This document shows positions 1 to 9,198 of a stretch of 32,000 bases of DNA, in pieces. The stretch is from Coprobacillaceae bacterium. Its GTDB lineage: Bacteria > Bacillota_I > Bacilli_A > Erysipelotrichales > Coprobacillaceae. Position 1 is the first letter of the stretch; each line of letters begins with the position of its first letter. The stretch spans positions 1,950,001 to 1,982,000 of the forward strand of contig OY780959.1 in NCBI GenBank assembly GCA_963675915.1, in the 5' to 3' direction. A program made the translations under genes and the position numbers. The notes below the pieces were generated by a model, which saw only the letters and a list, made by a program, of their open reading frames with translations, was not told the DNA's origin and searched no databases.

Positions 1-441
1 AACAATACCTGCAGCTTTGTATTGTTTCAAGACGAAATAGGTTTCAGTACCGGTAACTCCGTCCATCGGCGCTAACTTCGCATTGACGAAATTGGCAACC
101 TCCTGCATCGTTCTACCTTTGATGATGCACATGAACTCATAATTACCACTTAACAGATACAGAGAATCCACCTCTGCAAATTTTTCGATTTTTCGGGCGA
201 CTACATCATACCCATAATCGCGAATCGGATCCGCATTGACATGAATTAATGCAGTAACAGTATCGCTATTAGTTTTATCCCAGTTGATAACCGTATGATA
301 TCCGGCGATAACGTTATCATTTTCCAACTCTTTCATTGCGTCTTTGACATCTTGTTCAGTCTCATTCAAAGCCGCGGCCAGATCAGTTACCTCATACCGA
401 GCATTTTTTTCTAGTAAACCTAATAATAAGCGTTTTTCCAT
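1..441 (-). CDS. Lrp/AsnC family transcriptional regulator (C-terminal end runs off the window edge)
   Basis: Not in the ORF track because there is no stop in the window. Manual reverse-strand translation from ATG 441-439 stays open to base 1: MEKRLLLGLLEKNARYEVTDLAAALNETEQDVKDAMKELENDNVIAGYHTVINWDKTNSDTVTALIHVNADPIRDYGYDVVARKIEKFAEVDSLYLLSGNYEFMCIIKGRTMQEVANFVNAKLAPMDGVTGTETYFVLKQYKAAGIV. The layout (N-terminal wHTH plus AsnC-type ligand domain) and the size fit the family. RBS GGAGG (cctcc at 451-455 on the + strand). Confidence 0.8.
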   Translation of the reverse strand, partial: MEKRLLLGLLEKNARYEVTDLAAALNETEQDVKDAMKELENDNVIAGYHTVINWDKTNSDTVTALIHVNADPIRDYGYDVVARKIEKFAEVDSLYLLSGNYEFMCIIKGRTMQEVANFVNAKLAPMDGVTGTETYFVLKQYKAAGIV

Positions 442-673
442 TTTTTTCACCCTCCTATACCCGTTATTATAGCTCATAATTATTTCTTTGTATACAACTT
501 TTAAGGGCAAGCTGGAGTATGTTTGACTCCAAAATCATGATTCGAACCGGATATTGACGCTAACGGCAGTTTGGACAACCCGATTTTTTGCCTATTGGAG
601 CGTGATTTTTCATAAAAATGAAATGAATTGCTATCCAAGTGTGATATAATTTAGGCATCAAGGAGGATACCAT

Positions 674-1702
674 ATGAAAATTATTGCTAGTACTTACGAT
701 AAAAAAGAAAAAGGCATATATTTAATAGAATTCGATAAACGTAATTCCCGGTTCAAACTGGACAAATGGCTCATGACCAAGGACTATCCATCATACCTGT
801 ATAAAAAAGACAATTATCTTTTTGCTTCTTTGAAAAACAGTTCAACCAGTTCAAAGCAAGGTGGTTTGTCAAGTTACGAAATGACTGATAATAATATCAA
901 ACTGATTTCCCATATTTCATCATACGGAAGCAGCTATACCCATGTATTCGTCAACGATACCAATGAATTCGCATTGGGAGCCAACTATCACGGGGGAACC
1001 ACCGGTCTTTACCGCCTCAATTATCCTTTGATTGTGGATGAACTGGACATCGCGGTCCACACTGGTTTGGGACCAGACATCAAACTCCGTCAAACTTCGC
1101 CTCATCCTCATATGGTTGGGCAGACCCCTGACAATAAATATTACTACTCGGTCGATCTTGGAGCTGACAAAATAGTGGTATACCAAATCATCGACAACAA
1201 ACTTGTTCCGGATGAAGAGCGAACAGTTATGGTGAAACCCGGAAGCGGTCCAAGACATCTGGTCTTTGACAAAACCGGAAAATTTGCATATGTTGTTTGT
1301 GAAATCGCCAATAAAATCGACGCTTACAAGTATAATGACGGTAAGTTCGCATTCATCCAAAGAATCAAAGCAAAACCGGATCACTTCAAAAACGCCAACA
1401 GCGCCAGTGCCATTAAAATCACTGAGTCAAATGAACATTTGCTTGTTTCCAATCGCGGCCATAACTCCCTATCATTCTATCGAATCAACCAAGAAACCGG
1501 TCGTTTGACTTTGTTGTATATGGTTCACACCGGGGCAACCCCTAGAGATTTTTGTATCCTGGAAGACAAATATGTCTTTGTTGCCTGTCAGGATCAAAAT
1601 GAGATTGAATTGTTCTATCTGGACGAATTGGAAGAAACCCTGGTTAGATCGACAGCGGTATACAAAATCGACCAGCCAGTATGTGTAATCAAAGGAGAAT
1701 AG
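674..1702 (+). CDS. 7-bladed beta-propeller lactonase family protein (6-phosphogluconolactonase-like)
   Basis: ORF track, 342 aa. AGGAGG at 661-666, 7 nt before the ATG. Segments such as SPHPHMVGQTPD, GSGPRHLVFD and ATPRDF resemble the Pgl/YbhE-type lactonase family. Recognised from memory, not searched. Confidence 0.65.
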   Translation: MKIIASTYDKKEKGIYLIEFDKRNSRFKLDKWLMTKDYPSYLYKKDNYLFASLKNSSTSSKQGGLSSYEMTDNNIKLISHISSYGSSYTHVFVNDTNEFALGANYHGGTTGLYRLNYPLIVDELDIAVHTGLGPDIKLRQTSPHPHMVGQTPDNKYYYSVDLGADKIVVYQIIDNKLVPDEERTVMVKPGSGPRHLVFDKTGKFAYVVCEIANKIDAYKYNDGKFAFIQRIKAKPDHFKNANSASAIKITESNEHLLVSNRGHNSLSFYRINQETGRLTLLYMVHTGATPRDFCILEDKYVFVACQDQNEIELFYLDELEETLVRSTAVYKIDQPVCVIKGE

Positions 1703-1705
1703 TTG

Positions 1706-2386
1706 ATGGAATACGAAATTATCGGCGACACCTTACCGGTCGTCATTTGCACTTTAGCCAAGGGAGAAACCATGATCACTGAAAGTGGCGGAATGTCCTG
1801 GATGGATCCGGGGATTAAAATGCAAACATCTGGTGGCGGTTTTGGCAAGATGTTTGGCCGCATGCTCAGCGGTGAAACGTTATTCCTTAATCACTATGTC
1901 TGTGGATCCGACAAGGCAAAAATCGCTTTTGCATCCTCGTTTCCTGGCAATATAAAAGCAATTGAAATATCCCCCGGTAAAGAAATGATTGTCCAAAAAT
2001 CTTCGTTTTTAGCCTGTGAGTCCACAGTTGAATTGAATGTGAGTTTCCAAAAAAGTTTTGCTCAGGGCCTATTCAGCGGCGAAGGATTCATCTTGAACAA
2101 ACTTTCTAATCACGGCATCGCTTTTGTCGAGATAGACGGAACATGTGTCGAGTACGAACTGGCCCCCGGCCAACAAATCATCCTTGACAGCGGTCACTTG
2201 GCCATGATGGAAGCATCATGCACACTTGATATCAAGCAAATTCCGGGGATTAAAAACAAACTATTAGGAGGAGAAGGGTTATTCAATACTACTGTTACCG
2301 GACCGGGAAAAGTCTACATTCAGTCAATTCCTGCCAGCAAACTAGCCAGTTCGCTTATGAAGTATTTACCCTTAAACAATAAATAA
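1706..2386 (+). CDS. TIGR00266/AIM24 (DUF124) family protein
   Basis: The ORF track begins at TTG 1703. ATG 1706 (MEYEIIGDTLPVV...) lies 3 nt after the upstream stop and is the more likely start. The N-terminus and the size of about 226 aa are typical of this family. Function is unknown. Confidence 0.6.
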   Translation: MEYEIIGDTLPVVICTLAKGETMITESGGMSWMDPGIKMQTSGGGFGKMFGRMLSGETLFLNHYVCGSDKAKIAFASSFPGNIKAIEISPGKEMIVQKSSFLACESTVELNVSFQKSFAQGLFSGEGFILNKLSNHGIAFVEIDGTCVEYELAPGQQIILDSGHLAMMEASCTLDIKQIPGIKNKLLGGEGLFNTTVTGPGKVYIQSIPASKLASSLMKYLPLNNK

Positions 2387-3165
2387 TGATCAGCAGCAAA
2401 ATTTCTATGATTTTCTTCGACGTTGACGGCACTTTGATCAATTCGACCATTACATCATTGCCAGATTCGACTCTTGAAGCACTTAACCTTTTAAAACAAA
2501 AAGGATACAAAATAGGTATCGCCTCGGGCCGAGGTAAAGATTCCATGATTAAGACCAACATTTTAAGTCAATTCCAATTTGACGGTCTTGTCCTTAATAA
2601 TGGCCAAATGGTTTACGACCAGGATATGAATTTAATTTTCGAAGATTACATCCCTGATGCAACCGTTGAAAAATGCATCAGAATTGCCACCGAGCTTAAA
2701 ATCCCTTTAGTAGTCAAATCATCGCCCCGTTTCATTACTATGGAACCAAATGAAGATGTCTACCGCGCCCGCGAGTATCTGAACAATTCAATTCCTGAAG
2801 TGGGAATTTTTGGTGGAAACAAAGTGGGTGCCATGGTTGCCTATGGACCGCTGAGCTATGATTATCAGGATTTTTGCAGCATTGCCGGACTAAAGGTTCT
2901 CCCGGGAATGTCATCATATTGCGACCTGACCATGGCAAATGTGTCCAAACAAACGGGTATCAGAATCTTGCTTGAATTGAACAGCCTGGAGAATTACATC
3001 GGATTTGGCGATTCGCTTAATGATATAGAAATGATGGCTGGGGCTAAAATTGCCGTTTGTATGGGCGAAGGCCATGAAAAGACCAAAGAGATTGCCGATC
3101 ATGTAACTTCAAATCTGGAGGATGACGGAATCTACAATGCCTGTAAATTCTTGAAGCTTTTCTAA
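2386..3165 (+). CDS. Cof-type HAD-IIB family hydrolase (sugar-phosphatase-like)
   Basis: ORF track, 259 aa. HAD motif I is FFDVDGTL and motif IV is GDSLNDIEM. The start overlaps the upstream stop by 1 nt (TAATG). Confidence 0.75.
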   Translation: MISSKISMIFFDVDGTLINSTITSLPDSTLEALNLLKQKGYKIGIASGRGKDSMIKTNILSQFQFDGLVLNNGQMVYDQDMNLIFEDYIPDATVEKCIRIATELKIPLVVKSSPRFITMEPNEDVYRAREYLNNSIPEVGIFGGNKVGAMVAYGPLSYDYQDFCSIAGLKVLPGMSSYCDLTMANVSKQTGIRILLELNSLENYIGFGDSLNDIEMMAGAKIAVCMGEGHEKTKEIADHVTSNLEDDGIYNACKFLKLF

Positions 3166-3172
3166 CGTTAAT

Positions 3173-3208
3173 AAAAAAAATAGGACAACCTTGCGGTTGT
3201 CCTATTTT
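3173..3208. terminator. Bidirectional rho-independent terminator between the HAD gene (+) and carB (-)
   Basis: A-run 3173-3180; stem taggacaacc (3181-3190) / ggttgtccta (3195-3204); loop ttgc; T-run 3205-3208. Confidence 0.8.
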
Positions 3209-3216
3209 AGATTCTA

Positions 3217-6200
3217 TTAGATTTTTGTGATATCAATCAATGATGATTCATATTTGTCTTTGTTTTGCAGACATGTAATCAATGCTTGAGCTGTATCTAG
3301 AGATGTGAAGATTGGAATACCTGCTTCAACCGCGAAACGTCTGATGATGAATCCATCTTTCAAGTTGTCGTTTCTAGTTGGAGTGTCAATGATCAAATCC
3401 ACTGTTTCAGTGTACATAAGATCAAGAACGGTATTTTCCTTGTCTCCGATTCTGTTGACCAGATTACATGGACAGTCATGATCTACCAAATATTGGTAAG
3501 TCCCGATTGTCGCATATAAATCATATCCGTATTGATAATATTGTTTTGCAATTGGCAAGAATTCTTCTTTATCACTGTCTTTGATTGTACAGATGATATT
3601 CTTTTTCTTAGGTAAGTCGAAACCGGCTCCCAAGAATGCTTTATAGATTGCTTCATCGTAGTTTTTAGAAACACCTAATACTTCTCCAGTCGATTTCATT
3701 TCAGGCCCTAAAGAGATTTCAGCACCTTTGATTTTTTCGAATGAGAATACCGGCATTTTAACTGCGATAGTTTCTTTTTCTTCAGCCAATCCATATTCAT
3801 ATCCCAACTCTGGCAAAGTTTCACCCATGATTGCTTTAGTTGCAAGTTCAACTACTGGGATGTCAGTTACTTTTGAGATATAAGGAATTGTTCTTGATGA
3901 ACGTGGGTTTACTTCAATTACATATACCTGATCATCGTAAAGGATGAACTGGATGTTGATTAAACCAACTACGTTCAGAGCTTTTGCCAAGCGACGAGTG
4001 TACTCAACGATTGTTGTTTTCAATTCTTCTTTTACTTTTTGAGTTGGATAAACCGAGATACTGTCTCCCGAGTGAACCCCAGCTCTTTCCACGTGTTCCA
4101 TGATACCTGGAATCAGGATATCAGTACCATCACAGATTGCATCTACTTCGACTTCTTTACCCATCAGGTATTTATCAATCAAGATTGGATGCTCTTGATA
4201 AGTACGGTTTACGATTCTGATGAATTTTCTTACATCAGCATCATTAAGAGCGATTTCCATCCCTGCTCCACCTAATACATATGATGGACGTACCAAGACT
4301 GGGTATCCCAATCGGTTGGCAACTTCAATTGCTTCATCTTCAGTGAAGACCGTATCACCTCTAGGACGATCGATTTCACATTTATCAAGGATTTGGTCGA
4401 AACGTTCACGGTCCTCTGCAGCATCAACGTCTTCTGCTGAAGTTCCTAAGATTTTAACTCCCATTTCCATCAGGTCTTTAGTAAGTTTAATCGCTGTTTG
4501 CCCACCGAACTGAACAATTGCTCCATCAGGTTTTTCAACTTTGACAATGTTTTCAACATCTTCAGGTGTCAGCGGTTCGAAATACAGACGGTCTGCGATA
4601 TCGAAGTCAGTTGAAACTGTTTCCGGGTTGTTATTGACAATGATTGTATCATATCCGGCATCTTTTAAAGCCCAAACTGAATGTACTGAACAGTAATCGA
4701 ACTCGATCCCTTGCCCGATTCTGATTGGACCTGAACCAAGTACCATTACTTTCTTACGGTTATGGTCAACTTCTGCTTCATTTACCTCACCTTGAATTGA
4801 GTAATAGTATGGAGTTGAAGCATCGAACTCAGCCGCACATGTATCTACCATTTTATAGATTGATCTGATTCCAAATGAATCAACCAAATCGCTGATTTCT
4901 TTTTTATCTTTTCCGGTGAATTCTGCAATCACTCGGTTAGGGAATTGGTGATGTTTTGCCAAAGTCAGCAATTCTTCAGTCAATTCATCTTTTCTAAGTT
5001 TTGCTTCGATTTCTACCAAGTGTTGGATTTTATCAATGAACCACAAGTCAATTTTTGTGATTTCATGGATTCTTTCAGGAGTAATTCCCAAACGGATGGC
5101 TTGAGCCACAGCGAACAATCTTTGGTCATCGACGTCTTGCAATTTAACTTCGATTTCAGCTACTGACATTTCGTCAAGTCCTTTTGATTCCAGATAGTAG
5201 AAGTTTTGTTCAAGTGAGCGTAAGGCTTTCATCAAAGCTCCTTCGAAGTTATCGCAGATTGCCATTACTTCTCCAGTAGCTTTCATTTGAGTTCCCAATT
5301 CTCTTGATGATCCTACGAATTTGTCAAATGGCCATTTTGGGATTTTACAAACAATGTAGTCAAGAGTCGGTTCATATGATGCATATGTCTTTTTAGTTAC
5401 CGCATTTTTGATTTCATCAAGTGAATATCCCAATGCGATTTTGGCTGCCAATTTGGCAATTGGATAACCTGTTGCTTTTGATGCTAATGCCGATGAACGA
5501 GAAACCCTTGGGTTAACCTCGATAACTGCATATTCAAAACTGTTAGGATTCAATGCGTACTGTACGTTACATCCACCTTCGATACCTAAAGTAGAGATGA
5601 TGTTGATTGCTGAAGTACGGAGCATTTGATATTCTTTATCAGATAATGTTTGAGAAGGAGCTACTACGATACTGTCTCCAGTATGAACCCCAACCGGATC
5701 CAGGTTTTCCATATTACATACAGTGATACAGTTACCTTTGCCATCACGCATTACTTCATATTCGATTTCTTTCCATCCGGCAATTGATTTTTCAATCAAA
5801 CATTGAGTTACCCGTGAAAGACGTAAACCATTTCCAGCGATTTCTCTTAATTCTTTGTCATTATGGGCAACCCCACCACCAGAACCACCTAATGTGTATG
5901 CTGGACGAACTACAACCGGGTACCCGATTTCATTAGCGAACTCAACAGCATCATCAACAATTGTGATAACTTTTGAAGCTGTACATGGTTCGTTGATGCT
6001 TTCCATTGTTTCTTTGAATTCCAAACGGTCTTCCGCTTTTTTGATAGTATCAGTTGAAGTTCCGATTGTACGAACATTATTTTCTTCAAGGAATCCTTCA
6101 TCCGCTAAAGCCATAGCGATATTCAATGCGTTTTGGCCCCCAAGGGTAGGCAGGATTGAATCAGGTTTTTCCTGAATGATAAGTTTTTTTACTACAGGTA

Positions 6201-6411
6201 CAGTCAAAGGTTCGATGAACACTTTATCAGCGATATCTTTGTCAGTCATGATTGTTGCCGGGTTTGAGTTGATCAATACAACTTCGCACCCTTCTTCTTT
6301 TAACGCACGGCAAGCTTGAGTTCCGGCATAATCGAATTCCGCAGCTTGACCGATAATGATTGGACCTGACCCAATTACTAAAACTTTCTTAATTGAATTA
6401 TCTCTAGGCAT
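3217..6411 (-). CDS. carB: Carbamoyl-phosphate synthase large subunit
   Basis: ORF track, 1066 aa, with duplicated ATP-grasp halves (VLVIGSGPIIIGQAAEFDYAG... and VMVLGSGPIRIGQGIEFDYC...) and an MGS-like C-terminus. I place the start at ATG 6411 (MPRDNSIKKVLVIGSG). GGAGG lies about 8 nt upstream of it, but only about 2 nt upstream of the track start at 6417. Confidence 0.95.
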   Translation of the reverse strand: MPRDNSIKKVLVIGSGPIIIGQAAEFDYAGTQACRALKEEGCEVVLINSNPATIMTDKDIADKVFIEPLTVPVVKKLIIQEKPDSILPTLGGQNALNIAMALADEGFLEENNVRTIGTSTDTIKKAEDRLEFKETMESINEPCTASKVITIVDDAVEFANEIGYPVVVRPAYTLGGSGGGVAHNDKELREIAGNGLRLSRVTQCLIEKSIAGWKEIEYEVMRDGKGNCITVCNMENLDPVGVHTGDSIVVAPSQTLSDKEYQMLRTSAINIISTLGIEGGCNVQYALNPNSFEYAVIEVNPRVSRSSALASKATGYPIAKLAAKIALGYSLDEIKNAVTKKTYASYEPTLDYIVCKIPKWPFDKFVGSSRELGTQMKATGEVMAICDNFEGALMKALRSLEQNFYYLESKGLDEMSVAEIEVKLQDVDDQRLFAVAQAIRLGITPERIHEITKIDLWFIDKIQHLVEIEAKLRKDELTEELLTLAKHHQFPNRVIAEFTGKDKKEISDLVDSFGIRSIYKMVDTCAAEFDASTPYYYSIQGEVNEAEVDHNRKKVMVLGSGPIRIGQGIEFDYCSVHSVWALKDAGYDTIIVNNNPETVSTDFDIADRLYFEPLTPEDVENIVKVEKPDGAIVQFGGQTAIKLTKDLMEMGVKILGTSAEDVDAAEDRERFDQILDKCEIDRPRGDTVFTEDEAIEVANRLGYPVLVRPSYVLGGAGMEIALNDADVRKFIRIVNRTYQEHPILIDKYLMGKEVEVDAICDGTDILIPGIMEHVERAGVHSGDSISVYPTQKVKEELKTTIVEYTRRLAKALNVVGLINIQFILYDDQVYVIEVNPRSSRTIPYISKVTDIPVVELATKAIMGETLPELGYEYGLAEEKETIAVKMPVFSFEKIKGAEISLGPEMKSTGEVLGVSKNYDEAIYKAFLGAGFDLPKKKNIICTIKDSDKEEFLPIAKQYYQYGYDLYATIGTYQYLVDHDCPCNLVNRIGDKENTVLDLMYTETVDLIIDTPTRNDNLKDGFIIRRFAVEAGIPIFTSLDTAQALITCLQNKDKYESSLIDITKI

Positions 6412-7483
6412 TAACATTTCCTCCCATCATTTCAGCGAATTCATCAAACAAAGCATCAGTATCCAAAGGACCTGCACATGCTTCCGGGTGGAATTGCACT
6501 GTCTTAATATTTTTATTTTTATAGATTAATCCTTCGATTGTACTGTCATTTACATTTACAAACCATGTATCTGCGATATTATTGTCAATACTTTCAGGAT
6601 CAATTACGTAGTTGTGATTTTGTGTTGAAATATAAACACGACCTGATACTAAGTCTTTAACCGGATGGTTGGCACCATGATGTCCATATTTCATTTTTTC
6701 AGTTTTTAAACCATGAGCCAAAGCCATCAATTGATGTCCTAAGCAGATCGCGAAAATCGGAGTTCCAGATTCGCTTAATTTTTTGATTTCTTCAATGATT
6801 TCCACATTTTCTTCAGGGTCTCCCGCCCCGTTTGAAAGCATAATACCATCGAAATTTTGAGCGAGGATTTCATCAGCTTTTGTGCTTGCAGGATATACTG
6901 TTACTTCATAGCCACGTTTTGCCAATGAACGGGCAATATTTCTTTTTGCTCCAAAGTCCATCAAAGCAACTCTCTTAGTTCCTTCACCAACAGTGTAAGC
7001 TTCTTTACAAGTGGTTTTTTCAACCACTCCAGTAACTCTGAAGGCTTTTATTTTTTCCAAAACTTCGTCCAAATTATCATATTTGGTAGTTGTAATCATC
7101 CCGTTCATACAACCTTTTTTACGGATAATTTTAGTTATTGCACGAGTGTCCACACCTTGAATTCCTGGAATATCCTGATCAATAAGGTATTGAGACAATT
7201 CAATGTTTTTTCTAAAATTGCTACCCAGTCTAGACAATTCTTTTACAACAAATCCTGAAACATGGGCTTTTGAAGATTCTTGGTCTTCCAGAGCGACTCC
7301 GTAGTTCCCAATTAACGGATAAGTCATTACTACTGATTGGCCACAATATGATGGATCAGTCAAAACTTCGAGATATCCTGTCATTGAAGTATTGAAAACG
7401 AATTCACTAATTATTTCTTTATTAGCTCCGAAACTTTCACCTTCAAACACATTTCCATCTTCTAAAATTAAATATGCTTTCAT
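6404..7483 (-). CDS. carA: Carbamoyl-phosphate synthase small (glutaminase) subunit
   Basis: ORF track, 359 aa. GATase triad context is FAICLGHQL plus the C-terminal HPE. RBS is AAGGAGG before ATG 7483. It overlaps the carB start. Confidence 0.95.
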   Translation of the reverse strand: MKAYLILEDGNVFEGESFGANKEIISEFVFNTSMTGYLEVLTDPSYCGQSVVMTYPLIGNYGVALEDQESSKAHVSGFVVKELSRLGSNFRKNIELSQYLIDQDIPGIQGVDTRAITKIIRKKGCMNGMITTTKYDNLDEVLEKIKAFRVTGVVEKTTCKEAYTVGEGTKRVALMDFGAKRNIARSLAKRGYEVTVYPASTKADEILAQNFDGIMLSNGAGDPEENVEIIEEIKKLSESGTPIFAICLGHQLMALAHGLKTEKMKYGHHGANHPVKDLVSGRVYISTQNHNYVIDPESIDNNIADTWFVNVNDSTIEGLIYKNKNIKTVQFHPEACAGPLDTDALFDEFAEMMGGNVNA

Positions 7484-7499
7484 AAAATCCTCCTTATTT

Positions 7500-7531
7500 T
7501 AAAAAAACACGTCACCTATATGGTAACGTGT
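7500..7531 (-). terminator. Rho-independent terminator/attenuator about 17 nt upstream of the carA start codon
   Basis: Minus-strand RNA is ACACGUUACC-AUAUA-GGUGACGUGU (10 bp with one G-U) followed by U7 (7506-7500). It lies inside the carA 5' leader, not after a gene. Confidence 0.7.
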
Positions 7532-7630
7532 AAACAACAAAAATCAACTATAAAAAAGTCGCATTGCGATACCGATTTATTCATTTCAACCGCTACTTTT
7601 TGCATCACAATCACTCCTTTTCCTTTGATG

Positions 7631-7659
7631 ATTATACACAATTTAAAAACAGAAATCAA
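7631..7659 (-). promoter_or_regulatory. Sigma-A-type promoter for the carAB leader
   Basis: Minus strand: TTGATT (7659-7654), 17-nt spacer, TATAAT (7636-7631). It predicts a leader of about 140 nt before carA. Confidence 0.55.
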
Positions 7660-7730
7660 GAACAAATTTGTTTTTTTGTCCCCATTTTCCGAAGGTTTTA
7701 CCGAAGTCATTTTTATCCGATACAATCGAC

Positions 7731-8282
7731 TTAAATTGAGTATATACGTGTGTCATTATTCAAGGGGAGATTTAATAACGAGGGATCCACATCCCAAGAG
7801 GCCCGGACTCCAACTTTATCAATCACTTCTTGATATGTGGCGCCTTTTTTTATTATAACTGCCTCTTTAAAAATTCCATCCACAACAAAATCAACCTGAA
7901 CAGTGCCTGGGTTGGCTGAAGTATTGAACACAATCGTTTTGCGAGTAGCGATGCTTTTTTCCTGATTGAAGAAATTAGTATAGGTTAGTACATTATTTAT
8001 GTCAATTATACCACTTTCTTTGTCGATGCTCAATATTTCCACCCGCAAATCGTCACTTCCATTTAAATTTGTTGCCATGCTTGTCAAATAGCTGTCAATC
8101 AGTTCCTGATAGCTCCAGTCCATTTCCTTGATTTTCATATCAATCATCAATTCATAAATACAGTCACTGCTCACACTCTCAAGCATTGACTTCTTAGTAG
8201 ATTCCAAACCGGTAACCATTATAATCAATGCCGCCATCACCGCCACCATAATTGCCCCAAAGACAACAACCGCCTGTTTCAT
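7731..8282 (-). CDS. Membrane-anchored hypothetical protein, last gene of the pilus-like operon
   Basis: The ORF track gives 7731..8303. ATG 8282 (MKQAVVVFGAIMVAVMAALIIMVTG...) forms an ATGA overlap with the upstream stop, so I prefer it. There is one N-terminal hydrophobic helix and then a soluble domain of about 150 aa. I recognise no family. Confidence 0.5.
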   Translation of the reverse strand: MKQAVVVFGAIMVAVMAALIIMVTGLESTKKSMLESVSSDCIYELMIDMKIKEMDWSYQELIDSYLTSMATNLNGSDDLRVEILSIDKESGIIDINNVLTYTNFFNQEKSIATRKTIVFNTSANPGTVQVDFVVDGIFKEAVIIKKGATYQEVIDKVGVRASWDVDPSLLNLPLNNDTRIYSI

Positions 8283-8599
8283 CGCGCTACCCCGCTGATA
8301 CAATAATGTTGGACAATATTCAGAACCGGAATTGAGTAGTCATATTCCAGCTGAATTTTCACCAATTCCTGATTCGCTCCGGTTATCACTTTTTCTACTG
8401 AAATATCGTAGGGAGAGTTACTGACAATACGATCAATAATATCCTGATTATGACCGCTCGATTCGATTTGCCTGATGCACTGAGTCTGATAGTCTCTTGC
8501 ATTATTGGCAAGAAGATTCATACCAATAAGATTTACTCCCAGAACACTCATAAAAACAATAAGCACTACAATCACATAAAACTCCACAGCTATTTTCAT
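8279..8599 (-). CDS. TadE-like / pseudopilin-like protein
   Basis: ORF track, 106 aa. The N-terminus MKIAVEFYVIVVLIVFMSVLG resembles the TadE-type A-x-x-E-F hydrophobic N-terminus but has no leader. AAGGAG RBS 7 nt upstream. Confidence 0.5.
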   Translation of the reverse strand: MKIAVEFYVIVVLIVFMSVLGVNLIGMNLLANNARDYQTQCIRQIESSGHNQDIIDRIVSNSPYDISVEKVITGANQELVKIQLEYDYSIPVLNIVQHYCISGVAR

Positions 8600-8602
8600 C
8601 GT

Positions 8603-9058
8603 TTACTCCTTTATAACCACTAGCGAATGCGTAATTTCGCTGGTTGAATTACGATTCAGGATAATCGTCACCTCATCAACAAAAGAACCAAAATCCCCGA
8701 GTACCACATCAATGTAGTTCAACATTCCTGAATCACTGTATTCGGAAACAAATATCAGATTATCCAAATTCTCATTCTGGTAATATATATGGTTTCCGGA
8801 AGTGGTTTGATATATCCAATCCTCAGGATTGAAATTTGATTCACCCAACAGTTCCACCGGACTGACAGTTCTGGCTGTCGTTTCAGCTGATCTTACCGAC
8901 AACTCCAAATTTTCCGGTTCATATCCAGCAACCTCAAAGTCACCTCTGCTTACCGAAATCCGGTAAAGCGGACGGACTGCCGTGATAATCATCAATAACA
9001 ACACCGCCATCAAAACAGTCAAAACTACGTTGCCGTATTCTTCAACAAGTTCTTTCAT
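8603..9058 (-). CDS. Pilin-like protein (151 aa) with an Flp-like EYG N-terminus
   Basis: ORF track. The N-terminus MKELVEEYGNVVLTVLMAVLLLMIITAV shares the motif of the three small peptides. GGGAG RBS. ATGA overlap with the upstream micro-ORF. Confidence 0.55.
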   Translation of the reverse strand: MKELVEEYGNVVLTVLMAVLLLMIITAVRPLYRISVSRGDFEVAGYEPENLELSVRSAETTARTVSPVELLGESNFNPEDWIYQTTSGNHIYYQNENLDNLIFVSEYSDSGMLNYIDVVLGDFGSFVDEVTIILNRNSTSEITHSLVVIKE

Positions 9059-9198
9059 GACAGGCTCCCATCACACATGACCTTGATCTGATCACAGATC
9101 AAATCAAACCACCTAGAATCGGTATTGGTTGTCAAAATCAGCGATCCGATAAGCACCAACACCAACACCATTCCATACTCTTCAATCAAATTTTTCAT
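9055..9198 (-). CDS. Flp-like pilin-type peptide (47 aa), not in the ORF track
   Basis: Manual translation gives MKNLIEEYGMVLVLVLIGSLILTTNTDSRWFDLICDQIKVMCDGSLS. Its ATG overlaps the upstream stop (ATGA) and its TGA overlaps the downstream ATG (ATGA). Confidence 0.5.
   Translation of the reverse strand: MKNLIEEYGMVLVLVLIGSLILTTNTDSRWFDLICDQIKVMCDGSLS

Noticed and set aside
920-1384. A 154-aa ORF antisense to the lactonase gene. Similar antisense or out-of-frame ORFs are listed inside carB (4039-4513, 5855-6175), asnB (18202-18939), pyrG (22483-23099) and adhE (30854-31295).
   Set aside because: All lie entirely within strongly supported genes. They have no RBS or recognisable motifs, and their low-complexity compositions are typical of shadow ORFs.
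7532-7630. A PyrR binding loop or an ArgR/AhrC ARG box in the carA leader. ATGAATAAATCGG partly resembles half an ARG box.
   Set aside because: There is no UCCAGAGAGG-like PyrR motif. The ARG-box resemblance is a single AT-rich half-site without a partner, so it is not enough to call.
7516-7858. A 69-aa (-) ORF and a 112-aa (+) ORF spanning the carA upstream region.
   Set aside because: The long minus-strand version would start upstream of the predicted promoter. Only its last 29 codons, from ATG 7605 with an AGGAG RBS, are considered, as a leader ORF. The + ORF runs antisense through the promoter and into the last pilus-operon gene.
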